A stretch of 64,000 nucleotides of DNA from Candidatus Nanopelagicales bacterium. GTDB lineage: Bacteria > Actinomycetota > Actinomycetes > S36-B12 > UBA10799. The stretch spans positions 89,057 to 153,056 of the forward strand of contig JBAYVO010000001.1 in the NCBI GenBank assembly GCA_041674545.1. Reading direction: 5' to 3'. Made by a program: the position numbers and the translations under genes. The first letter of the stretch is position 1. Each line of letters begins with the position of its first letter. This document shows positions 52,801 to 60,485 of the stretch, in pieces. The notes beneath the pieces are model-generated. The model saw nothing but the letters and a program-made list of their open reading frames with translations. It did not search any database and was not told where the DNA came from.

Positions 52801-55800
52801 CAGCTTGCCGGACATCGTTTCACCCTGATCAAAATCGATGTCGGCAAAAAAGTCCTGCATCTCCTTGATCTGCGCCTGCGACGCCAGCACACCCTGGATA
52901 CCCGGGCTGGCGTGCGGAACCTCGGGCAGATCCGCAGCCGGGTTCGGAACAGGAGGGTGATCTGTCTGGTGCTTATCCAGAGCATCCTGCAGCAGCGCGA
53001 TCACAGCAGGCTTGAGCTTGCCGTAATGAACCTTGCCGTTGCCTCCCTTGAAAGAATCAGTCAACGGAGACGTGTTGGCGTGTCCCTGCAGGTCGACACC
53101 CGACAGCGGGGAACCAATAGCCTTGAGCGGCTTCTTCACACCGGTCTCAGACTTAGGCGACTTCTGCAGCGCGTCAAGCGCTTCCGCCACCGCCTGCGGG
53201 GTGACCGGAACACCGCCGAACGAAATGAAACCCGGAGACGCAGGCGCGTGCGTGTGTCCAGAGCCCTGCGGATCCACCGCGTGCAGCGCAGCGTGGATCG
53301 CTTCATGATCAGAAAGCCCGAGCGAGGACTGATGCTCTTCGAGACCGTGCGACTCCTGCAGGTGCGCCACGGCGGGAGCGGCATCCAACGGCGTAGCACC
53401 GGTCTGCTGATGCGCCTTCTGCAACGCGGCAATCAGAGCAGGCTTGGTCTTGTTGTTGTAGTACGCCTTGTACGGCGCGGCTACCTCGTGGAACTTGCCT
53501 GCCGCCAGCGGGGATCCCACGCGCTTGAGGTCCGCCGCGACGTTGCCCGACGGGTTCGCAGACAGAGCGTTGATCGCCTGCTCCAGCTGCGTCGACGTCA
53601 TCTCGAACCCACCGACCAACGCCTTCCCCGAACCCGGGAGAGGCTGGGTGTTCTGGATCGACACGCCCTCGTCAGTGACGTTGTTGAGGCCCGAAAGCAG
53701 CTGCGCGCGAGCAGCCGGATTGTCCGCGCCGCCGACCTTCTTCGCCTGCACACCCGCGCCCTGCGGGTTGTACTTGATCAGATCACCATCGGGCTGCAGG
53801 ACGTAGAGCGTGTCCTTGGACTTGCCCGACTTGTAGACCTGCGAGCCCTCCTCCATCTGCACGGAGTGCGCGCCGACCGAAAACAACGACGGACCGTTCT
53901 TGACCACACCGCCAGGACCGCCCTCGGGCGCTTCAGGCTGGCTGAACTTCGGACGCACCGGAGCGGACATATCCTCGACGACATCACCGGTCTCAGGGTC
54001 CGTCACCGGCTCGGCATCCGCCGGGACAGCAGGCGCGCGACCGTCGAGACCGAACTCCTTGATGTCTTTTAGAATTCGCTTGTCACGGTTGACATTCAGG
54101 AGACTCTCGGCTTCCTCCACAGAGACCTTCTTGACCGAAGCAGTCTCCGAGCCTCCCGGCTCGTACGGAGAAGCGTCATCGGGCAGCGGCTGACCGCCGG
54201 TCCGCTTTCCGACGTACATGCGGACCTTGCCGCCGCCGGAGCGCTTGAAGTCGCCAAGATATCCGGTGATGTCTCCTTCGAGACCGGTCTCTTCCCACAG
54301 CTCCTTATGTGCGTTCTGCTGCGGAGAAAGATTGGCTTCGATACCGCCCTTGGGAAACGTGTGCTCGTAACCTGCGTAGTGATCCTTGGGCTCGTAAATC
54401 CAGATGTAACCGTCAGGCTCGATCAGCGCGATGCCCGTAGCCATCCGGCCCTCGGTGTCCGGCAACGCAGGCTCACCCGGGATCGCGACATCCGGCTTGG
54501 CCGTGAAGTCCGGCATCTTCTGACCGTTGGCGTTCTTCTTGGACTGCGGACGATCGCCAGGCTCGGAAGTGTTCTGCGATCCCGAGGATCCCGAAGCGTT
54601 CTGCTGTCCAAGGACATTCTGCTGCTCTGGGGCCGGGATTCCCTTGGGGACAGCCTTGCCACGATCGCCGGGCTCGGCCTGATTTGGAATCGACGGAGCT
54701 TCAGGAGCAGAGCCCCCGCCCGCCTTAGACGCGTTGAACTTGCGCTGCCAATCCTCATTGAAATCGTCGTCTTCAACTTCGTCGACATCACCGAGGCTGC
54801 CGTTTGCAATCTGCTTTACCGCCACCTGTTGCAGCGGAAAACTCTTCTTAAAGTCAGACTTGTAAATTTCACCAGTTCCGTCTGGATTAACCTTTACTCC
54901 ACCCCAGTTGGAATTATCAGTGAAAACGTAAGAACCCTCTGGGAGCGTTCCATTCTTCTTCAGATCCTCATTCATTTCCATGAGCGGACCCGGACCATCG
55001 GGATCCGGAACATCAGGATCGTCAGAAATTTTTGTTACTGTTCCGTACTGCTTGTGCAGAGAAAGGAACTGAGCTGTCTTAGCTTTATCGCTATCGACAG
55101 TCTCACCCTTGTGAATAGAAGTAGAAGAACCATCCTGGTGAACAATAACCTGAGTATCTTCATCACCAGGCATGTCAACTTTATAAGTGCCTGGCTTCCA
55201 GTTCAGGTCGATAGAACCGCCCTTGGGCGTGGCCTTATCCGCCGCCTTCTGAGCCTTGTTGATGGCCTTAGCCTGCTTAGCAGAAACCTGCTTCACATTT
55301 GGCGAAGGCAGTGCTCCACCAACATCCGGAATCTTCATTCCAGTCTTAGTGTCGTAGTAATAGCCCGACACGTGCTGAAGATGACCGTTGACCATTCGCG
55401 TGTACGCCTTCACGTGCACGATCGTGGCCGCAATATAGTCGTCTCGATCTTCAGGAGACACAGTCATCGCCCACTTGGCGTACGCCTGCATTCCCTGCGC
55501 GGTCAGTCCGACCGTCGGCGCGCTAGCCGGGAAGTAGATCACCAGCGAGCAGCGACAGTTTGGGTGACGCGGAGGCGTACTCAACACCTTGGTGTAGGGA
55601 ACCGGCTCAGAATCAGGAACCTCGAACGGCTCTCCGAGCGGCACGTGCTGACCGTGCAAACGAGTACACATGGGGCACGGAGGGTTCACCAAATCGAAGC
55701 GAGCCACCCACAGCTTGTGTGCTGTCTCAGAAAGCAGCTCCGCCAACGCTTGCAGGAACTGCTCGGTAGCCGCACCACGACCCGCCTGCACCGCCGAGAC

Positions 55801-56241
55801 AACCGCCAGCTCCGCGCGGCGCAGCATCTCCGCGAGCGCCTTAGCCTTGTCCTTGGCACCCTTGGCTACCGCAACCTGGCCAGCCAGGAAATCCGTGACC
55901 AGCTGCGTGCCCAGCTCCTCGCTGGAGAACACCACCGTGTCCATGAGCGCGGTCGGCAGATCCAACGCCTCCGCCTGCGCCCGGCCGAACCGAGCACCCT
56001 CATCGACACCCGCCGACAGCGCACGACGGATGAGCGCCACCGAACCCGCGAGCAACGCAGTGGTGACCAGCGGAGAGCCATCTTCCTCTGACTGCGCGTC
56101 GGTCAACCGCTGGCCGTAGAGCACCCGCATGTCCGCCACAAACTGCTGCTCCGCCGCAGCCGCGAACGTGCGCGAGGTATCCACCAGACCCAGCAGCTCT
56201 ACGAGATCCTGCTCGATCGGCGTCAAAGCCGGGGTGGTCAC
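46876..56241 (-). CDS. Giant MuF-like minor head protein fusion (3121 aa) with Nudix-like, kinase-like and PARP-like ART-like modules
   Basis: Uninterrupted 9366-nt ORF coupled to the portal gene (TAGTG). MuF/SPP1 gp7 motif PPCPMCTRLHG...PPRHPNCRC at aa 187-231. Nudix-like FPKGGIE...KELWEETGL at aa 629-654. Kinase-like GGGSS...FKV...DDAHGNNFLL...IDIARSF at aa 2250-2376. H-Y-E ART-like motifs at aa 2935-3050. Confidence 0.9.
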   Translation of the reverse strand: MTTPALTPIEQDLVELLGLVDTSRTFAAAAEQQFVADMRVLYGQRLTDAQSEEDGSPLVTTALLAGSVALIRRALSAGVDEGARFGRAQAEALDLPTALMDTVVFSSEELGTQLVTDFLAGQVAVAKGAKDKAKALAEMLRRAELAVVSAVQAGRGAATEQFLQALAELLSETAHKLWVARFDLVNPPCPMCTRLHGQHVPLGEPFEVPDSEPVPYTKVLSTPPRHPNCRCSLVIYFPASAPTVGLTAQGMQAYAKWAMTVSPEDRDDYIAATIVHVKAYTRMVNGHLQHVSGYYYDTKTGMKIPDVGGALPSPNVKQVSAKQAKAINKAQKAADKATPKGGSIDLNWKPGTYKVDMPGDEDTQVIVHQDGSSTSIHKGETVDSDKAKTAQFLSLHKQYGTVTKISDDPDVPDPDGPGPLMEMNEDLKKNGTLPEGSYVFTDNSNWGGVKVNPDGTGEIYKSDFKKSFPLQQVAVKQIANGSLGDVDEVEDDDFNEDWQRKFNASKAGGGSAPEAPSIPNQAEPGDRGKAVPKGIPAPEQQNVLGQQNASGSSGSQNTSEPGDRPQSKKNANGQKMPDFTAKPDVAIPGEPALPDTEGRMATGIALIEPDGYIWIYEPKDHYAGYEHTFPKGGIEANLSPQQNAHKELWEETGLEGDITGYLGDFKRSGGGKVRMYVGKRTGGQPLPDDASPYEPGGSETASVKKVSVEEAESLLNVNRDKRILKDIKEFGLDGRAPAVPADAEPVTDPETGDVVEDMSAPVRPKFSQPEAPEGGPGGVVKNGPSLFSVGAHSVQMEEGSQVYKSGKSKDTLYVLQPDGDLIKYNPQGAGVQAKKVGGADNPAARAQLLSGLNNVTDEGVSIQNTQPLPGSGKALVGGFEMTSTQLEQAINALSANPSGNVAADLKRVGSPLAAGKFHEVAAPYKAYYNNKTKPALIAALQKAHQQTGATPLDAAPAVAHLQESHGLEEHQSSLGLSDHEAIHAALHAVDPQGSGHTHAPASPGFISFGGVPVTPQAVAEALDALQKSPKSETGVKKPLKAIGSPLSGVDLQGHANTSPLTDSFKGGNGKVHYGKLKPAVIALLQDALDKHQTDHPPVPNPAADLPEVPHASPGIQGVLASQAQIKEMQDFFADIDFDQGETMSGKLAQVGHNPLAYGVDWSEFVGRTPAHEMNKVLFDGLNDYLNVKTRPGQNGPVETPGPDDSPKVQLGTVEASVNELQLLKSLWDGPPLGLDPDGQFYTLMGHLPAGHPFKGMGQNGFGASLGVDSHLDSAPWKQAVSDALQKHMDDAVLQLNNPPEAPTAPSTVSVAGKSVTKQEILDAIDAVKNSSSTSVKAPLKAIDSPLAKADLKTFIEADPLSAPFKGGNGKVHYGKLKEAVIAVLQGKADNMASNPTPVTGPDSDPDVTPVDVGAPDPVEDFFSGPPTTNVSGGSLSLQELVKNAKDTDGIFDNSFADAFQQAHKTGETHFWSSSGYIDTDDGYFEGGTYFEINPEENSVVEINDGDFKNLSSAQIADKIGDKFQTSGLGTDLAGSELPEVGFYTSPGGMALKVYPDGTAHSINTSSGQTVHMTDSDLVKSMLELGTWDKLSDLPTDPNAVYVNRVQVGHYASGTSTYSVYPDGSVLIATPSGESMAHIDVVKPYLTSEGIAPTALQVSPDSWMTEALKDPNGFLIGDYKHQYNGNVFKVGENGPEGISPSFFAMNLMDDTLSFQTHTAVFQGDLEDSGPPSLEDQAGAALQSPYLGDLVAKAGNASMQDAWAPTTTPFSQAFQTAAKNNQFVYLTGLGQGNLLSTGAAPQVAHYKFDPDGLVQKIDADGSVLKVYSPEELVSKLDSVYDGPSVAPAVDPVPNTPDAPDEVSPDGYWNGVQLGTWTDGEGMHVTLDASGPNMDIDEFMNAVESGDMFWVPPQNSPVASTPSHMFDADAPVLQPFMVAGHIRPDWVEKPVLLASAKKWAKDSGFENIAAKHLNSSTKKEDLVAWMYAWANGEWDKAYEIESKKVQQHGKRKVHPGSPENPVNASGFVKKKMPPLVSGEIPAGIKVDGSWPNTDSWHLWQSETVDAYLLAANMQHPTGLSSSQKRSWAIAHASGNKLGTDSLSYLGQKNVNEGDIHSSPILPSVEKYAPGYAVPLPEGFPEMDYSKVAVQGWNNSQLDTYLNHVGVSDKSVEFLTSQTPEVKAQLVALHAVAAAPEGSATFKSPAFAKQQMQDLLGKIYEDSHYNVPALLGFVHDALKLEKKTYTMNAEQPPLGGGSSSEIWQLTDEQGNPFLFKVAPEKFRAEIEHASHKLAELAGFRVAASELGTFNGKFGQFQAKVPSQGTLMNTDPVDLPISALKDLMAAHVQDWATANDDAHGNNFLLMPDGKRVMPIDIARSFVRFGKPGSMQLKVGQLSDWTTPYYDKVYKAALSGKYSDADVDSLYLASMAQARKTSSVSDASWGSTITEGLQNRTNFGWTSAKDLPDLVSQALARKNALSEDFEKFWDGIYSQLGREKPAKSQSLGKHVFSGFSEDHLTRVKEAGHAGASTFFGGNALEENYVLAQEVKTSQGGTELHMTALVRKQADKELRKWLVARAGNTVTVGDVSDSYQKTEFLSNAGATSYSQFSLAAAKTVSHHNGLGDQNFNSSHMANFNTMKADVEKKLAEVESGIYPSQFADWTEAKETYKNLLSYYDGKIKDVQRLIDFGGQSKHGDFDPFPFEPPKRPAITPEIAAPSDGFKVKKVVSYYEQGSIDDDGNMVLNGSKPSGWNSQILQSGTTYVVELPDGTEIEYRSWHDEDGVRRSQQGGLKIKVRNYDGTHTGTEAAMTALQQMGLDLSAAEDTDMELFYWRHLYGVLTDRRDQGQGKHKDVVDYVRDNLPGGTEGTPALQAKEELERWREAWSRLTSKEQVKEFVDKQKYMPKFSHPNVARPEVVGGNPYWDRFDADWEYLKNKPFATHSIGMGDMRTILRTGGLWSNEARPRMMGKVIEGQSSPPDITNGAGHFNFVRTNQTGNNFDYSQIYVNPRVLAKTTNYSFKGDGWGKIDNRKIKSDFSLEKATSIQDHNETMIKHGISVLDDIELAVFNSQSERQAFIDYLKSKGVTNIRGLTIEDRFVVAAGKAEALAKVKAAALAWNPDEEDD
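52072..53604 (-). repeat. Three diverged copies of a ~65-85 aa module inside the MuF giant
   Basis: Protein copies are (E/Q)xIxAL...(K/R)xxGSPLA...FKGGNGKVHYGKLK(P/E)AVIA(L/V)LQ at aa ~880-945, 1010-1092 and 1310-1390. DNA identity is visible between cttgagcttgccgtagtgaaccttgccgtt (~52111) and cttgagcttgccgtaatgaaccttgccgtt (~53011). Confidence 0.8.
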
Positions 56242-57866
56242 TACGCACCTGCCATCGCGCTCAAGGCGCTGTCGATCGCGTCACGGTCAGTGTTGTCGAG
56301 AGCGACGAACTCGGGAGCGAGATACGTCGAAGCCGACGGAAGGCCCTCAGAAGACAGCTGAGAGGGCAATGCGGGCAGCTGAGGCGTAGGCGCGGGAGCA
56401 CCCCCCGGAAGCGCAGCCTGACCCGGCATTCCCATGGGCTGGTTACCCGGGATGAACTGCTGCTGCGGGGCCACACCCGGCTGCTGATCTGCAGGCACCG
56501 TAGGGATGGGCTGGAACGGCGGCTCCATCGGAGGGGCTCCGACACCGGCCATGAAGTGCTTCACGGTCTCATCGGTCTGCTTCTTCAGCAGCTCATCGAG
56601 CTTCTCGTACTCGATGTCAAGGCCCATCTCACCCGCCATGTACTTCTCCAGCTCCAGCATGAACCGGCGAGTCACGTTGGCGCCCTGGCCAGCAGAAGAA
56701 AGCTTGTCAAACGTGTTCTTGATGGCCTCTTTTTGCTCTTCAGAAAACGGGCCAAACTTCAGCTTTGGATACTTGTCGTTCTTAAAGTTCCAGTCAATGA
56801 ATCGCGGAGTGAGCCAATCGTTAAAAATAGTTTCTAACTCGTTAATAATGACATTGACCAGCACCAAATACATCGAGTCGTTAGGGCCGCCGAACGACAC
56901 CAACGGAGAACCGCCACCCTGCTGATCGTCCAGGAACGGCGCCAACACCGACTTACTCATCTGGCTGTTGTGGTGATTGATGAAATCCATGAACGGGAAC
57001 TCACCCGGGGAACGGCCGAGATCCTCCACCGACCAGCCAATATCCGGAACCGTCACCGACTGCGCAAGGCCGAAGTCCTGCAACGCCATGCGGAACTGGC
57101 TGATCTCCTTGGGAGAGGCCGACGTCGGGTACTTGCCCAGACGCGACCCCACCGCACGGTGCTGCGCCGCGAGGTGCGCCAAGTAGTACAGCTTGATCTT
57201 CTTATCGTAGTGATAAAAAGCAGCGTTAAAGTAAGAAACTCCGTAGAACGGATTCTCTTCCTCGGAGCACGCGTAATAGATCGAGTTCTTGGCTTCGATC
57301 TTCTCGTCGATGACTCGGCCATTCGGAGTCACGGTGCGCTGACGGAACCCGTCGTACTCACCCTGCTCATCGACCGCGAACGACACAGTATCCGAAGGAC
57401 GATACGCGATCTTGTCGAGCGTGTACTTACCCTCCAGCGGACCCTTGCGCGGGCGCGTGTAGACCAGCTCGAAAGGCGCAAACCCGTCCACCGTCGCCAG
57501 CAGCATCTGCGAGACAACTCGATTGAACGGCGTACGCATACCGCCATTCACCGCAGGCAAGGTGTAGAGATTCGTGATGAACTCCGCCTCCTTGTCCCCG
57601 CCATCCGCCGGAACCCAGGACGCACGCTTCGCCGCCGCGCGGGCGGGCATGGTGAGCAGCCGGTACAGCGCACGCGCCTGGCCATCTTGGCGACGCATCT
57701 CTGTCAGCTGCTTCACCGTGGGAACGTCGTTGCGCCCCAGCAGGTACGAACCCTTGGAGTCGAAGCCCTCGGCGAACGGCATACCCGCCAGCCGAATACC
57801 CATCTCCTCATTAAGCTCAGAGTTTTTGGGCTTGACCATTTCGGTGACATTGTCGGGCTTTGCCAC
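56241..57866 (-). CDS. Portal protein
   Basis: 541 aa between the terminase large subunit and MuF. GGAGG RBS and a Pro/Gln-rich C-terminus. Assigned by synteny and size. Confidence 0.75.
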   Translation of the reverse strand: MAKPDNVTEMVKPKNSELNEEMGIRLAGMPFAEGFDSKGSYLLGRNDVPTVKQLTEMRRQDGQARALYRLLTMPARAAAKRASWVPADGGDKEAEFITNLYTLPAVNGGMRTPFNRVVSQMLLATVDGFAPFELVYTRPRKGPLEGKYTLDKIAYRPSDTVSFAVDEQGEYDGFRQRTVTPNGRVIDEKIEAKNSIYYACSEEENPFYGVSYFNAAFYHYDKKIKLYYLAHLAAQHRAVGSRLGKYPTSASPKEISQFRMALQDFGLAQSVTVPDIGWSVEDLGRSPGEFPFMDFINHHNSQMSKSVLAPFLDDQQGGGSPLVSFGGPNDSMYLVLVNVIINELETIFNDWLTPRFIDWNFKNDKYPKLKFGPFSEEQKEAIKNTFDKLSSAGQGANVTRRFMLELEKYMAGEMGLDIEYEKLDELLKKQTDETVKHFMAGVGAPPMEPPFQPIPTVPADQQPGVAPQQQFIPGNQPMGMPGQAALPGGAPAPTPQLPALPSQLSSEGLPSASTYLAPEFVALDNTDRDAIDSALSAMAGA

Positions 57867-57882
57867 CGACTACCTCCAAAGA

Positions 57883-59778
57883 TTACAGTCCGGGCAACTT
57901 AAAGCTGTTGCCTGTCTGCATGCCGCGCCACACATCCTCCGCTCCAACAGGAGCATCACCGGCCGCGCTCGACACCCAAAACAGGTCTTGGGGGTCTTCG
58001 TCTGGATCCGTCGTCTCCTCGGCCCCGCCCGTCGTCACGGCGGTGATGACCGCGCCGCAGACAGCATCGGATAAATCCTTAGACCCGCCCGGAGGATGAT
58101 CGATCTTGCGCTTCTTGGGATCCTGCTGAAGATGCAGCAGCTCATTGCGCAGCAGACGGCTGTAGGGAATCTCAACCCGACCCTCTTCGACCAGGCTGCG
58201 GAACTGCCGGTACGGCTCATCGGTGCGGTCCATCGACAACAGCGGAGCCTCAATGCCGCCGACCTGAAGGATCTGTCGGTTGTCGACGCTCTGCCATCCG
58301 TCCATCGACGCCGCGCGGATCGGGAAGCCTCGCTGCTGCAGCTCGAACACCAACTGTCGATAGAAGCGAAGCTGGATCTCGCGGGGAGGATCCGATTCCA
58401 GGTCCGCCTCCAGAGCAATTGCGGTGTCCACCTTCACCACCGGGCGCTCATCCCAGACGAGCTGACCGTTGTACTCCGGATCCTTGCGTGCGAACTTGTC
58501 CCAGCTCACGACGTGCGCCATGGCGAACCCGGCACGATCACCGTTAAGCGCAAGGTCGCAGTGAGTGGCATACGTAGCGCCGGGGATAGGCTTCAGCGAC
58601 TGCGGAATGACAAAGCGAGGGTGCCATCCACCCTGCGCGAACTCCCAGTGGACCTCGATCTCGGGAGTGTCGACCATCGCCGAGTCGACCGAATTCTCGG
58701 AACGGAAATACGGCGGGAGCATGGTGCGCTCGGGCATGCACAGATACGCCGCGCGAGCCCATTCCGGTTCCGCCTCGAAGTCCGCCACCAGCTCTTCAGG
58801 AACCGGGACCGGAGAGATCTCCTTCTCCAGCTCCACGAATGTCGTGCGCGCCAGCAGCGGATTGAACTCCCACGACGGCATAGGGCCGACGATGAAGTGC
58901 TTAGAATCCGCACCCTTGCGCTCGATGTCTTGCTTAGACTCAGCATGCAGCTGCAGAATCGGCGATCCGTGATACCGGGGATACGAAATGCGAACGTTCT
59001 TGAATGTTCGTGGAAAACGAGTCACCGCCGAGGAACGCAGCATCTTGATGATGCCCTCCGCAGAACGCATCGGGGTGCGGGTACCGCCGCTTCCCGTGCG
59101 GGCGATGTCATCAGCAGTGCGGAACGCATCGATCTCGTCCGCCACACCGAGAATCAGGTTCAGACCCTCCTGGGTCTCTGCATCCGAGGATCCAGACACC
59201 GACTCCAGGCCACGCGCCCACTCGATCGTATTCTTCTTAGGATCACACTTGTCCGCAAACCACCCCTTGCGGACAATTCGAGTCATAGGCTCGAAATACG
59301 CACGGCGTGCCTGATCCTTGGTAGAAGCCACGTTGAGCATGTGGATCGACTCCGAGGACGGCATGCCGAAGTAATCACGCGGGTCCTTGAGACACAGCAG
59401 CAGATACGAGATGCGCAACGCCATCAGGCGAGCAATCAAGTCCTTGCCGCCACCCTTGCCGACCAGCAACGTCAGGAAGTTCGCCATCGGAATCGGCGCC
59501 CAGTAATCACCGAACTCCGCCTGCATGTGCGGGTACAGCTCCGGGTAATAGACCCGTTCCGCAGCCCGGAGCGCCGTAGCCTGCGGGACAGACAACGGAG
59601 ACATGCCGATGTAATGCTTGTCCGAGATGAAGACGTCCAGCGGGACAGGCTCTTCCGCGAACAAATCATCGCAGACGCCCCGCGCCGTCGACAGACGCTC
59701 TTCCGAACCGAGCTGGCGCAGCCATTGAGCCGGAGTCAGAGCGTCATTCTGCTCAACGGCACGTAGACGAGGGGGCAT
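57883..59778 (-). CDS. Terminase large subunit
   Basis: 631 aa. Walker A LLVGKGGGKD, Walker B-like LILGVADEID, and a C-terminal nuclease-type region. Lies upstream of the portal gene. Confidence 0.85.
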   Translation of the reverse strand: MPPRLRAVEQNDALTPAQWLRQLGSEERLSTARGVCDDLFAEEPVPLDVFISDKHYIGMSPLSVPQATALRAAERVYYPELYPHMQAEFGDYWAPIPMANFLTLLVGKGGGKDLIARLMALRISYLLLCLKDPRDYFGMPSSESIHMLNVASTKDQARRAYFEPMTRIVRKGWFADKCDPKKNTIEWARGLESVSGSSDAETQEGLNLILGVADEIDAFRTADDIARTGSGGTRTPMRSAEGIIKMLRSSAVTRFPRTFKNVRISYPRYHGSPILQLHAESKQDIERKGADSKHFIVGPMPSWEFNPLLARTTFVELEKEISPVPVPEELVADFEAEPEWARAAYLCMPERTMLPPYFRSENSVDSAMVDTPEIEVHWEFAQGGWHPRFVIPQSLKPIPGATYATHCDLALNGDRAGFAMAHVVSWDKFARKDPEYNGQLVWDERPVVKVDTAIALEADLESDPPREIQLRFYRQLVFELQQRGFPIRAASMDGWQSVDNRQILQVGGIEAPLLSMDRTDEPYRQFRSLVEEGRVEIPYSRLLRNELLHLQQDPKKRKIDHPPGGSKDLSDAVCGAVITAVTTGGAEETTDPDEDPQDLFWVSSAAGDAPVGAEDVWRGMQTGNSFKLPGL

Positions 59779-59802
59779 ATCCCAGTCTTCGTGCAGTCCG
59801 TG

Positions 59803-60462
59803 CTAAGCGGTCATCGCGTAGTAGTCCAGAGGACCCGGAATCCACAGCTCCGATGCCAGCCGGTACAACTCACGGCTGAACGAATCCGACGCAGCTCCGT
59901 ACTTCTCGCAAAACACAAACCCCTCGGCCAACAGCTCCGGGATGCTCATCGAAGCACGCTGCGAGTACTTCCGAGCAGCCGCAGCGCCCGAGATCCCCGA
60001 CGCCTTCTCCAAGCGTCGCAACACCGCCTGATACCCCGCCTCCAGCGAACTCGGGTACCGACGATGGATGGGCACCTGGAACAGCAGGTGCCCCCACTCG
60101 TGCGTAAGAATGTCTTCCCAACAATCTCCTACGAGAGCGTTGGTTTCACGCAGTCCTAGAAGCTCGACCTCAGACAACGGGTTCAGCAGTTTGCGCTTGT
60201 TGATCTGCAAAACTCCCTCAACGGTAGTCATGCAGAAGGTAGAAGCATGCGCGTAGTCGTCGCCTAGATCTTTAGCGTGAACCTTCTTAATGCCTGCGGC
60301 CAAGTACGGCCACGCTTCACTCAAGTCGTACAGGTGCTGACGAAGCTGAGGAAGACGCGAGTACTTCCGCAACTGCCAGCTAAACGGGATGAGCAACTCA
60401 TGCCCGGGAGGACGCGCCGCGCTCGCAATCGGCTTCACCGACGGAAGCAACGACATAGACAT
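59803..60462 (-). CDS. Putative zinc metallopeptidase (HExxH)
   Basis: 219 aa with ILTHEWGHLLF. Occupies the slot where a small terminase subunit is usually found. Confidence 0.5.
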   Translation of the reverse strand: MSMSLLPSVKPIASAARPPGHELLIPFSWQLRKYSRLPQLRQHLYDLSEAWPYLAAGIKKVHAKDLGDDYAHASTFCMTTVEGVLQINKRKLLNPLSEVELLGLRETNALVGDCWEDILTHEWGHLLFQVPIHRRYPSSLEAGYQAVLRRLEKASGISGAAAARKYSQRASMSIPELLAEGFVFCEKYGAASDSFSRELYRLASELWIPGPLDYYAMTA

Positions 60463-60485
60463 GCGCCCGTTATACCGTACCTACC

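Noticed and set aside
51835-56091. 745-aa and 594-aa plus-strand ORFs opposite the MuF giant
   Set aside because: They are Arg-rich shadow frames. The minus frame carries MuF, Nudix-like and repeat motifs and is uninterrupted for 9.4 kb.
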